The position numbers were made by a program, and so were the translations under genes. The notes under the pieces are model-generated. The model saw nothing but the letters and a program-made list of their open reading frames with translations, was not told where the DNA came from and made no database searches. A DNA stretch of 64,000 nucleotides from Novakomyces olei (lineage: Eukaryota). Each line of letters begins with the position of its first letter. Position 1 is the stretch's first letter. Location: positions 930,001 through 994,000 of the forward strand of contig JADEYG010000012.1 of the NCBI GenBank assembly GCA_016906335.1, given 5' to 3'. Positions 13,470 through 24,730 of the stretch are shown piece by piece.

Positions 13470-15017
13470 TCAACCACTACTAACCTGCCGCCGATGGATA
13501 TCTCGTATAAAAAGATCAATTCGCCTCAAGTCACCTAGCTCTGCAACCAGCGGTCCACAATAAGCTTCTAAGAACCGTGAAGCTGTACCGAGCCCAAGTA
13601 TAGCTTGCTCTGCTGTTGGAAGTGATGGTGAGGAAAGTACCTGCCGTGGTGCTGCCTCTACCATTTGAGCCTGTGCTGGCGGAGTCAGTGGGGGAACTTG
13701 GACTGGCTCAGTTCGCAGGGCGACTTCTAAAGCAATTTCCATTGCATCTCGTCCCTCTGCTGGAGATTCACTGGAAGGGTTCAGAAACTCTTCTAAAGAC
13801 AAAGCCTCCTGCCCGGGAGCACAATACTGGGCCCATAGAGCCTGAGCTTGATGCAATAAAACTGCTATCTCTGCAGTAAACGAATTGCTTACCGTTAAAG
13901 TGCTCACTCCAGAGCAGCAACCCACTTTTGCAAACCCGTTGAGGATAACAGCACTGGGCACTTCATATGTCCATGCGTAAGCAATCCAACTTAAAGCAAG
14001 AGGAAGACTTGCAGGCTTTTGCCGTGGAGCTACTTTACCTGATCGGAAGCCGTCAATCACAAAGTTGAGCCAATGCCGTTTAAAAGCGGCTTTAGTCGTT
14101 GCAACAACACCTTGCTCTAAAGGCTGCGCAACCATACTTGTGGGTAAGTAAAAGACGGAAATGTTATGTGGTGGCGGTAGCATCTCGATGGCACTCACAT
14201 GCAGAGCACTGTTGCTCATTATCAAGAGTACCTGTCTCGTCGAGCCGATACGATTATAAAATGTCTTTAACCAGTCTCGCATACAAGTTTCGTCAAACGC
14301 GGACCCGTTCATTAACCCACTGTCTTTTCGTAATCTGTGAACATCTGCCACCAGTGCGCCTACTCCGGCCACAAACGGTGGTACACGGTCAGAGCCGTCC
14401 GCGTTTGTACATAAAACAGTAACCAGCACTCTGTCCATTGTTGCCCCAGCAACGAGTGAGGGCTTCCAGTCGATATTTGTCTCACAAATATTGTATATAT
14501 CCGCCTGTGTGTAATTCTCGGCCAAAGTACTGAGCGCTTTGGCTGTAGACTGCTCATGGTCTCTTAGTTTAACACCATAACGTTTCTTGAAATTGCTCAG
14601 CCAACCATCGGAGAACCGGGGCACTGGCCGTGACTTGAGAGACGGGATTCGGCGCCACAACTGAGCTGCCTGAGTCCTCAAAATTTCTCCAGTTACTACT
14701 CCTCCAGCCTCAAGCGTGGCCGAGTGCCAAACATATAGAGCATGTTCTAGCTGCGGCCAAAAGGCTCCTGTAATACGAGAGCGATCTGACTCGTCAGAGC
14801 CATTGGGCGGGTCACCTTCGTCTGCCTGTACGTCGAGCCGTGCGTACCTGGGAGAGAGACTGTCTGTTACTGTAGACTTGCTTATGCGATGATTGTATGT
14901 AGCCTCAAACCAGTCAATGACCTGCGAGTACCGCGGCCTTGGATCTTGAGACAACATGTACGCGCGCAGACTTGCCCGCTCACGATTAGTGATTGCTCTT
15001 CTTCGATTGGGGCTCAT
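13470..15017 (-). CDS. CENP-B/pogo (Tc5) transposase-derived DNA-binding protein, catalytically dead
   Basis: Tandem HTH region (WFEATYNHRISKSTV; WPQLEHALYVW...VTGEILRTQA...FSDGWLSNFKKRYG) plus DDE_1-like domain (NADGSD, QPLEQGVV); intact 515-codon ORF. Confidence 0.88.
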   Translation of the reverse strand: MSPNRRRAITNRERASLRAYMLSQDPRPRYSQVIDWFEATYNHRISKSTVTDSLSPRYARLDVQADEGDPPNGSDESDRSRITGAFWPQLEHALYVWHSATLEAGGVVTGEILRTQAAQLWRRIPSLKSRPVPRFSDGWLSNFKKRYGVKLRDHEQSTAKALSTLAENYTQADIYNICETNIDWKPSLVAGATMDRVLVTVLCTNADGSDRVPPFVAGVGALVADVHRLRKDSGLMNGSAFDETCMRDWLKTFYNRIGSTRQVLLIMSNSALHVSAIEMLPPPHNISVFYLPTSMVAQPLEQGVVATTKAAFKRHWLNFVIDGFRSGKVAPRQKPASLPLALSWIAYAWTYEVPSAVILNGFAKVGCCSGVSTLTVSNSFTAEIAVLLHQAQALWAQYCAPGQEALSLEEFLNPSSESPAEGRDAMEIALEVALRTEPVQVPPLTPPAQAQMVEAAPRQVLSSPSLPTAEQAILGLGTASRFLEAYCGPLVAELGDLRRIDLFIRDIHRRQVSSG

Positions 15018-15106
15018 TTTAGTAGGCAGGAATTGGACGCGAAACGCGCCAGCTCACGACGTTTCATTCTTTGTTGTCGCATATATGCAATAAACAATTA
15101 AATGTA

Positions 15107-15227
<121 letters not shown>

Positions 15228-15573
15228 TATTATTTCCTTTTTCCTATAGAGCTATATATCAGCCATACATTTATTTACTCTATGATTCGCTTTACCATAA
15301 CTTCAGGTTTAAACACGTTTGAATTAATTTTTATATGAATTAATTATACCCAGTTCGCGCTCAGTACCCGCTGAGCGCGTTTATGCTAATAAACACTCGT
15401 ACAAAAACAAATGCAAGACCGACGCGACATTTCGACCAAAATGTGTATCCTAAATACTAATGCACAAGAAAGAGAAATAGATATAAGAAAAAAAGTAGTG
15501 ACGACGATACAAAACCAAAAGTGACCGGTGAAGTCTGCTTTTCCTTTATCTTTGTATGGCCAACACGATGTCC

Positions 15574-16326
15574 TTAGCCAGCCAAAGATAGTGCCTGTAA
15601 TCCGTCCTCGACAATAGCCTCCAGCCGCTTAACCTCTTGCCGTAAATTGGTGTTTTCTTGCACCAGCAACGATTCAGAATGGGAGGAAACACAAGGCGAA
15701 CTGTCTGGCAAATCAAACTGACACCGATTCCGAAAAGAAGGAGTACGTGGTGGCGAAGAGCTCTCGTTTTCACTCAAACTCGCCCAACCAGAATCGGCGT
15801 CGCTAAATGAGCAGTCACCGGGTGAAACCTTCTTGGCTCTAGACTTGCGCAGAGCTTCATTTTCCGATCGTAGGCAGGCCATTTCCGCGTCTTGAGCTTC
15901 GAGCGATCGTACAAGAGAATCCATTTGCTGGCGCATGACCGTGCGAGCTTCACTTTCACAAATAGCTTGATCTTTCCAATGTTGTACGTCAGCACAGTGT
16001 TCCTCTGCAGCCTTGCTTAGATCCTGGTTGGCCTGTACTGCTCCGGTATAAGCGGCGAATAAAAAATCGAGTAAATGAGTGTCCATAGCACTCAGAGGCT
16101 TAGATGTATCGCGCCATATTTCGGACACGTCTTCTAGTAGAGGATCAACGTCAACTGCGCTGGCTGTCACGTTTGCACTCAGCCGTCGAGACGAAGTATT
16201 GTCATCGCTTGCCTTTGACCAAATTCGACTGAAAACGCTAGCAGAAGACGAGCTCCGTGTATGACTGACAGGTTTCGCGGGCTTAGAGGGCGTTGATGCT
16301 TTGCTCGGTATAGCAGTAAGAGCCAT
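15574..16326 (-). CDS. Hypothetical Ser-rich coiled-coil protein; start uncertain
   Basis: 250-codon ORF from ATG 16326; heptad segments (QQMDSLVRSLEAQDAEMACLRSENEALRK; LVQENTNLRQEVKRLEAIVEDGL). Confidence 0.75.
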   Translation of the reverse strand: MALTAIPSKASTPSKPAKPVSHTRSSSSASVFSRIWSKASDDNTSSRRLSANVTASAVDVDPLLEDVSEIWRDTSKPLSAMDTHLLDFLFAAYTGAVQANQDLSKAAEEHCADVQHWKDQAICESEARTVMRQQMDSLVRSLEAQDAEMACLRSENEALRKSRAKKVSPGDCSFSDADSGWASLSENESSSPPRTPSFRNRCQFDLPDSSPCVSSHSESLLVQENTNLRQEVKRLEAIVEDGLQALSLAG

Positions 16327-16620
16327 GCTTGAAAAGTAGACACAGACGGCTGTAGAGTCGATAGATGTTGGCAGCAATATAGGCAAACTGAAAAGACCGA
16401 GCTTGGTTTCCGATACACTGAAACCTCAAACTGAGAGTATCAAAAATCAAAGACCGTTGTTTTTTACGAGACAAACTTATTGTTCCCTTAAATTGTCCAA
16501 AAATCCTGAAGCCAGCTCCGAAGACAAGGGCCTTTTTGCACCTGTTGCTCCACGCGTACCTTTACCTTGTTTCCTGCCGACGTAATACAGTTACGCTGGG
16601 AACACCGCTTTCACACGTCG

Positions 16621-16655
16621 TGTAAACAATTGTGTAAACAATCTGTGTAAACAAT
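16621..16655. promoter_or_regulatory. Three tandem forkhead-type sites TGTAAACAAT
   Basis: Exact copies at 16621, 16633 and 16646; contain the GTAAAYA forkhead core. Confidence 0.65.
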
Positions 16656-17171
16656 ATGTAATAGTTGCGTATGTGAATTTTCCACTAATACGCAGCTTTG
16701 AAGTTCGTTTAAAAGGTGAGAGCAGAGAGAATTGGCGAGGCAAAGCTCCTTTTAACCTCTTTAACCTGCACCAACGCTTGTCCTTCTCGAACAGTGACCT
16801 TTGCCGTAGATTGCGCGCCTTTTAGTCTACAACGCTTCCGCTTGTATACAAATAAATATACTGTGCGTATAGATACATATTTATGTATATATATGTATGC
16901 GCGTGCCAGCCTCCTGCCAGCCACGCGAGAATGTCGGCTGTTCGAGTCTGTACTCTGGAAACAAATACGCTATGTGAACAAGTAATGAAAGCAGCAAGCT
17001 AAAAGGGTATCTGTAGAGATTTAGTATGTGTATTCCATTTGTTTCCCAATCTTTGTACCACGGTAAGAATATAAAAGATTATTCTACACGGTCAGCACTA
17101 ATTATAATAATAAATGCGCTAGTTTGCCTCTTATTCACTCGTCTAGTCAACCAAAATTCCGATTGCCTGCT

Positions 17172-17639
17172 ATGTACGAGGCAACGCTTTCGGAATTCTA
17201 CCACAAGGCCCGACTCGTGGCTCGTGCTTACCCCGAATCTGTGCGCATAAGCCTTCGTTACCATACACGCTCAGTTGATGAGCAAAAAAATCGGATTTCA
17301 AAACACAAAAAGCGCAAGCAAGAAGCCACAAAAGATCTTTTATTCACGCCTGTCGGATTCGTAGCGGTTAAAGTGTTTGAACCTAGCACGGGCGTTTGCT
17401 TGCAGTACCGCACAGACAAGCAAGCTGAAATTGGACGCGTTGCAAGTATTCAGGGAGCAATTGCTGGTGAACTTACAGGAAATGCTGATCTTACGGGATT
17501 ATACGACTTTGACGAGGCTCCTTCAGCGCAAACCGCACCCGTAGCAAATGCAGCCGACACCGTCAAAGAGACGCCAGTCCAAGCACCATCGGCGACTGCA
17601 CCTTCCACGGGAAAACGAAAAAAGAAGGGAAAACGATAG
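17172..17639 (+). CDS. SRP21: Signal recognition particle subunit SRP9/SRP21
   Basis: LSEFYHKARLVARAYPESVRISLRY ... VKVFEPSTGVCLQYRTDKQAEIGR; basic C-terminus KRKKKGKR. Confidence 0.85.
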   Translation: MYEATLSEFYHKARLVARAYPESVRISLRYHTRSVDEQKNRISKHKKRKQEATKDLLFTPVGFVAVKVFEPSTGVCLQYRTDKQAEIGRVASIQGAIAGELTGNADLTGLYDFDEAPSAQTAPVANAADTVKETPVQAPSATAPSTGKRKKKGKR

Positions 17640-18277
17640 GAAACTGGGAATAATACGCACAAAATTCTTTCAAAATTTCGTGCGAAAATGGTATGCACCA
17701 GATGATTCTGGGCGTTTGCGATCTCTGAGGATTGCTCAAGCTACGCAAAGCTTTGTGTAATTGTACATATTAATTATTATTAAAATTACTAGAATTAAAG
17801 TTAATAATATAATGATTGCAATTAAATGCTATTTGGCACTGCGATCCCATTTACGTTGACCAACTTGAAACCTTCAACGATTCTACTTGAGCGAAATAGT
17901 CAAACCACAATTCATCCATTATTATAGTCGCGTGTTGTATCGCCGGGGAATCATCGCAAATGATGAGGGTATAGATAGGCGGTAGACTTCAACTGGTCAA
18001 AATCCAAGTGCACCTGTAGCTATATGTGCCACCGTATGCCTTTGCACAGTCTGACCTCGACAGAGATATGAGAATATTGAGTGAAGATATGATGAACATA
18101 CAAGGGAAAACAAACTTTCAACGGTATTAGTGTTACGAAAGGAAAAAGCATAAATTTAAAAAGGAAAACTGTTGGTTTAAAAAAATAAATGAAAACGCAA
18201 TCCTAGAATATACAAGCAACAAGACATGTAATTAAGAGTATAAATAAAAAAAATTTAAAAGATTCATCAAGGACAAT

Positions 18278-19605
18278 CTAAAATTCTTCGTCCAAAGTAA
18301 ACGCGTGACCGCTGATATTAGCGTCTTTCTCCGTGCCGGCCATGACACCCGCCTTTTGGTAGTCACTAACACGTTTTTCGAAAAAGTTGGTCTTGCCTGC
18401 AAGAGAGATATTTTCCATAAAATCAAAGGGATTCGTAACATTATAGTAACGATCGTTGCCGAGGGAAAGCAGTAGGCGATCCGCAATAAACTCGATATAC
18501 TGCCGCATAAGTTTGGAGTTCATACCAAGCAGATCAACCGGAAGAGCCTCTGTAAGAAATTCCTGCTCAATGGCAACAGCTTCAACGATGAGATCTTGTA
18601 CAACTTTCTTGCCCGGCCGGACGTTGAGATGGGAAAAGAGGAGGCAAGCAAAATCAGTGTGCAAACCCTCATCACGGCAAATAAGTTCATTGGAGAAAGT
18701 AAGTCCGGGCATAAGACCACGTTTCTTGAGCCAAAAAATGGAGGCAAAAGAGCCGCTAAAGAAAATACCCTCAACGGCAGCAAAAGCCAGTAAACGGGTA
18801 GCAAAAGTAGACTCCTTATCCTGGATCCATTTGATAGCCCAGGCTGCCTTCTTCGTGATACACGGAATAGTCTCAATAGCATCAAAAAGATATTGACGTC
18901 GCTTTGAGTCGCGGATATAAGTATCAATAAGAAGTGAATACGTTTCAGAATGAATATTTTCCATCATGATTTGGAATCCGTAGAAGCATCGGGCTTCAGG
19001 CACCTGAACTTCGCCAGAAAATCGCTCCAAAAGATTCTCATTCACAATTCCATCAGACGCAGCAAAGAAGGCAAGAACGTGAGAGATAAAATGGCGTTCA
19101 TTATCATTCAGCTTATTGTCCCAGTCAGACAGGTCCTTGGACAGATCAATCTCCTCTGCGGTCCAAAACGAGGCCTCTGCCTTCTTATACATTTGCCAAA
19201 TTTCATGGTACTTGATGGGGAAGAGAACGAAACGTTTCGTGTTCTCCTGTAGCAAAGGCTCGTCTTTTTCAGCCGTCTTGGAGCCACGAAAGTATTCGTT
19301 TTCCGGATCAGTTTCAGGCGAAGACTTTTCATCCGCGGTATTGTTCGCTCCCGAGCGGTGACTGACTGCCTCCATAAACGCATTTTTCAAATCTTTGGAT
19401 GCTTCCGCATCGCGAGTGTTGGCTTTGGAAATGTCCATCTTGCTTAAAGACTGAGCGGCCTTGCGGAATGGTGTTAGTGGAATCCTGGCAAAAGTAAAAC
19501 ACTCCGTCCGAGTAGAGATTATTAGATAAAAGAGCAAGAGAAAAGGTTAAAAATGAGTGCGCTTCTTACCCGCTTTGAAGGCGTCGTGTCAGCGTGAGTA
19601 GACAT
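18278..19605 (-). CDS. RNR2: Ribonucleotide reductase small subunit; 12-codon first exon 19570-19605, intron 19460-19569
   Basis: [69 protein letters not shown]; true start [17 protein letters not shown]. Confidence 0.98.
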
Positions 19606-19999
19606 GGTAAGAATACAGTTGGAAACCGTACAAAGATTCGTAGTTTCCTCCTACTCGTGGGCAGAGTCGCGTTGTTCGCGTTTTAATCCTCTTTTAAATA
19701 AGGGTAGGAAAAACGATACTATATAAACCAGTTTACGTTAACCGTGCACTGGGATAACGAGGAGCAAAGAACAAAAGTTTCTGTGAGCGAATCTTGTGGC
19801 GCGCGCGGTCCCTTGAGTATGCTTTGCAATTGATTCGACCAAATGTTTTGTAAAGCCTTTGCAGCGATGAATCCTTTCAACACTCGAATTGCCTGCGAGT
19901 AGAGACGATGTTGGGAAGACGAAAGCGATACTCGGACTCCTTATATATAAATTTAGTTGTATTGCTTAATGGTCTGTTTATTAATTATTTCTGCCGAAT

Positions 20000-20070
20000 A
20001 CGCGTCGCTGAAACGCGAAAATAATAACAAAAGTGACGCGCTGGGAATGTATTAAATTCGCGTACGCGTA
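20000..20070. promoter_or_regulatory. Cluster of MCB/SCB-like CGCG elements upstream of RNR2
   Basis: ACGCGT 20000, ACGCGAAA 20013, GACGCG 20035, TTCGCGTACGCGTA 20057. Confidence 0.6.
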
Positions 20071-20336
20071 TACATCACGTGAACGTGATTAGGATCTGAT
20101 AAAATCTGATGATAATTATCGCCCTGCCGATCAAGATAGTCTGCCTCGTAGTGATTAGTCATTTAAAAGACACGTACGACATGTTTGCTACCGCAATTGA
20201 CTCCCTCGCCATCACTATATATTTTTCATACCCCATTTGGCCCGTCTACCAACAAGATATATCTACAAGAATACTGCTAAATACCCGTTTGTACAAAGAA
20301 AAATTGCCATGTCATGTCGAAAGCATCTGTTATTGA

Positions 20337-20468
20337 AATCTAGTTATTAGTCAAATCTTTATTAGCCAAGTCTATTTATTAGTCAAATCTATTTATTAGT
20401 CGAATCTATTTATTAGTCGAATCTATTTATTAGTCGAATCTATTTATTAGTCAAGTCTATTTATTATT
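20337..20468. repeat. 17-bp minisatellite TCTATTTATTAGTCRAR, ~7 copies
   Basis: Directly visible tandem units. Confidence 0.92.
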
Positions 20469-20878
20469 GAAATGATTTAAATATTCCATATTTACGCCAA
20501 ACAGCTATTCTGTCTGTTGCAAAGGACTACAGCACAATGACACGACCACTGCCGCGGGTCACCGCTACTCGACTCGTAAAGCCTTGAAAGCATTTGCCGC
20601 GATATAAAATACTCGCGCTGCCGACGCGCAATTATACTTTTGATTGCCAAATTATACACGTAAATTATACACGTAAATTGTAGTCTGTTTAGCTTATAAT
20701 TGATCACTACTTGTGGCCAAACACTTACTTATTCTGCGACGCGTTTACACGTGAAAAGCAACGTTAATTAATTAATAACATTAATCAGTACACCGCACCG
20801 ACAAAGGCACGCGACACTGGACCGGCACATACACGAACCCATTCATTCATTCACAAATTTAGCCAACTCGGACCATCC

Positions 20879-23398
20879 TTAAATCTGTACTTCTGCACCT
20901 TCGGGCTCGCGTATTCCATTCGGCGCCTTTGTCGAGTCCGTGTGCCTACGTATCGGCTCTGGCTGGGGAACGTCCTTTGTTGGCTCTGCACTGCCAATAT
21001 TGAAAGCCGTAGTCTTCCATCCAGTCGGTTTGCCGGCAGCTTCCTTGATAGCCTGAGCCTTTGCAGTTGTTCCTGTGGCCAAACGAACGTCAAAGACGGC
21101 AGCGTCACGTGTAGTAGCCAGATTAATTTTGCTCCGTGTCCGACGGGCAGCAGACTCCTGCCTCGTCTCTACCAATCGCCTTTGCAATGCCCCAACATAG
21201 TAAGAAATCTTGCTCGGGCTTTGCTCGCCTTCTTCCCCTTCCTCGTCAGCGTCACGAACGGCCGCACTGTACTGGGCACTGGCTTCCTTGTGAATAGCAT
21301 AAGCCTGAGCATCGACATTGTCCAACAACTGCCGAATCTGTTTCTCTGCTGCCTTTTCCACTGCCGGTTTCATTACTCTGATCAGCGTTGGACGGAAAAA
21401 CGCATACAGCAGTTTATGGTGGGACCGTTTAAGACGAATATCCAGTTTTGCACAGTGAACGTGGCAGCTCTCCACCTTGAAAAACCGAGTTTGCTGCTTG
21501 TTTTTACTATCCTCCGCCTCGATAACGGACAGTGTGACATCGGCAGTCAGCCCGGTGCTGTAGACACGCACATCGGCTACACCATTGTCCGTTACACTAA
21601 AACCCTGCTTTTTATGGACATAGTAGGAGACGTCACGCAGATCGAGCTGAATTCGGCTCATGTGCAGGAAAACAAGATGCGAATTGATACGTGGGATATC
21701 ATTGTGCAAGCTGAACCTAAAAGTGTTGTCCGTTCGCACTTCAATTGACTTTGGCAGCAATTGTTCCGGTTGGATTATAATATTTTCCACAACAACGTCC
21801 ACTAACGGATCGGCCACCTCGATACGCGGCAGTGGGATGTAGCGCATCCGTATCAGCAAATCTGGCAGCAAGACACTGACCAAGTCACGTACTAGCAACT
21901 TTTTCTCCTGCTGATCCTGGAACAGTTTACGTACATCCTCCGTCACTTTTTCCACCAGCGGATCCGTCTTGACTGCCCTTGCAAAGTACTCGATCTCGTC
22001 TTGTACCGCATCGAAATGCTGCTTGTACTTGTGCTCGACAAAGTCACGGCCCGTGTTACGCAGCTCACGGAAATCACTGCCTGCCGCTTCGGATTCCACG
22101 TAGCCACGCTCCTTCAGAGCCCTAACTACAAACTTTTTAATGTCCTGCAGCCAGTGCCGCAGGGCCGTATCGTTATCAGCATCTCTATAGATCTGATCAA
22201 TTGCGTCCCGAAGATCGTCGAGACTCGTGCTCTGTGCCAGGTACTCTACAAACTTTTTCAGCTCTTGAGCCGCCGTCAAATTGCCCTCATCTGAAGCGGC
22301 TTGAGAGACCTGAGCTTTGGCTTCGCTTGTCACGGTGTCAGCAGCTCGGGCAGTATGCCTTTCTGCCAAACTGATCAGCGTATCAACCGCCCTCTGGTAG
22401 TCCGGGTTAGCTTGGATCTGGGCCACTGTTTTACGCAGCCTTCTCAGCGCCTGGTCACGGCGCTGGGGCGGCAACTTTTCCTTGATTTTATCGGCCGTCT
22501 GACCAGCAATATTTTGTGAGTCGTCCAGCGACGAGGAGAGTTTGGCCTTGGCTTTTTCCCCAACATCAGTATTGCCGTCTTTGCCCACGTCTTTTTGGAT
22601 ATTGTCTTTTTCTTTTTCTTCTCCTCCTTCTGCCGCCGAGTACTCGTCTTGCGCTTGGTCGCTGGCAGTACCGTTCACAGCTTCGGCATCAACAGAGTCC
22701 AGCTCCTGCTGACTTGGCCGCAAGGACTCCTCTGCATGGCCAGCGAGCACTTTTGCTCCGCCCACTGAGTCGGCAGCAACATCACGCAGCAGCGTCCCCG
22801 CATCGCTGAGCAGTTTTCGGAACTCTCCATTACTTACGACTAAACGGCCGAGAGTACGGAGCCCGAGTAGAGCTTCATTCGCGTCCTTGTCCACGTACTC
22901 GTCTCCGTCATCGCCGTCACGTGCACCAGGGCGAATACCAGAAGTGCTGTACAGAAACTTTTGCAGAGATTCGTCTGCGTTTTTGCTGAGAAGCAGCAAT
23001 TTTACGTCGTCCACCAGGCGACGCACGTTGGCGAGAAACGTCTTGCCTTGATCTGAAAGCGAACTCGGTGGTGATTTAAAGTAGTCTGATTGCGTAAACG
23101 AAGATAGCGCGATATCGATCTGGATTATGTTAGCTCCACTCTGGTTTAGCGACAGGGCAGTTAAAGAGTGGTCGCACCCGTCAATGACTCGACCCCGTCA
23201 ATGACGCGCTTACCTGCTTGTTGCTCGGTAGCTTCCCCGCTTTAAATGCTACATCAAGCGTTAGTCTCGCCCCGAAAAAAAGACAAAACAAAATCTCAAT
23301 ACTGTACCCTGATAAACAGCAAAAGCTTTTAGCTTTGCTTCAACACTCGCATCACGCTCAGCGCGAGAACCGCTATTGGCTCCAACTGCGCTCGACAT
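20879..23398 (-). CDS. Conserved fungal HAM1-like / DUF4449-DUF5923 protein; two 5' introns
   Basis: Spliced N-terminus MSSAV...ERDASVEAKLKAFAVYQ|AFKAGKLPSNKQ|IDIALSSF; LRTLGRLVVSNGEFRKLLSD; YIPLPRIEV; IQLDLRDVSYYVHKKQGF. Confidence 0.85.
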
Positions 23399-24730
23399 TT
23401 TCACCCGTTTCCCCTGTGCCGTCACAAACGTATTTATACAATTAAATTACACTGTACATAGTAGCGCCCATTCATTATTTACGTATATTTACGTAAACAA
23501 CTCAAATCCGTCGCTCTTTGCAGGCAGTTTCCTATTCCGGACGGGCTGACTGTCGATTACCGCCATACTACATTGTGACACAATCGAATTAATTATTTTA
23601 TTTTATTTAAATAAAATAATTAGGACAGTGGACTGTTGCTGATGCGTACAAATCTTTCCGTCTCATAAATGCTGTCGGCCATCTTTGCGACTTCGGAAAC
23701 GTGCTCTGTGGTTTTGCCGCAGTGCAAACGGAGACTATACTATACACGAATCAATCGCGTCTTACATGTGATCGCCTAATCGAAATGACGTAAACTCACA
23801 GCCCCCGCATGCGGAAATGACCCGTACAGGGTTTTCTATCAGGTGGGGAGTCTAGTTTTTGGGCGAGTCTTTAGGTTTCAGGTCCTAATGTAAGTAACGT
23901 ACATTGCAAGTCTGATAATTATAATATACAGTGGCAATCAATAGTAGACGTCAATGTAAAAGAGGTTTAAATTTTGCAAATCCTCTACTGACAATATGTT
24001 CAAAAATCAAATAAAAAGTTATTGTGGATGTACAATTTTCATGTTCATTACATTCATCATAAACATCATCTAAGGCTCTCACTACAAATTATAGTTTCTT
24101 TTGCCTTCTTGTGGCTCAGAATATAGCGTACGAGCCTACACTGATTTCTCCCCAGATTCGAAAATGCCGTCAAAATCTCCAGGACGAAGACTAGCATTGA
24201 TTGTCCCACCAAATTAGGAGAACTTTGAAGTTTAGTTCCTGAGCCGCACCCTGACCCGGATCGTAAAGGCCAGTTGGCTCTTGTTTGGTAAAAAAATTGG
24301 AAACAAAAGGTTGCATTGCTTGCTCGCGTATTAATAATAAAACGTTGTAAAACAGAAACACAAAGAGAATCGAGCATAGACAATAAACGAGCATCAATGG
24401 CTTCAATTATAATTTAACCTTAACCAAACTATATTTTATAGCCAAAAACATAAAGAAAGAAATTTTCAACATTCTTTGCTGATCAATGACGCCAATCGAC
24501 ATAGCCGCAACAGCCACCATACATTCAAATATTTCGACTTATTCCATCGACAATGATGATGATCATTGGTGGCCGTAATCGTGATAGTGAGCACATGTAA
24601 GAATGCACACTTAAAGAGAAATATTGTAATAAGAGCAAAACGCTTAAAAGCAATCATATAATTATAAAAACAATCATAGCCCACTTTTGAGTACCCCTTA
24701 AATTCGACCTTATATCCATTTCTTGCAGTC

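Noticed and set aside
17959-18054. Box C (ATGATGA) and box D (CTGA) pair suggesting a snoRNA
   Set aside because: No convincing terminal stem or recognisable rRNA antisense element; lies between convergent 3' ends.
20337-20468. CRISPR-like array
   Set aside because: Head-to-tail 17-bp units with no unique spacers, in a eukaryotic context.
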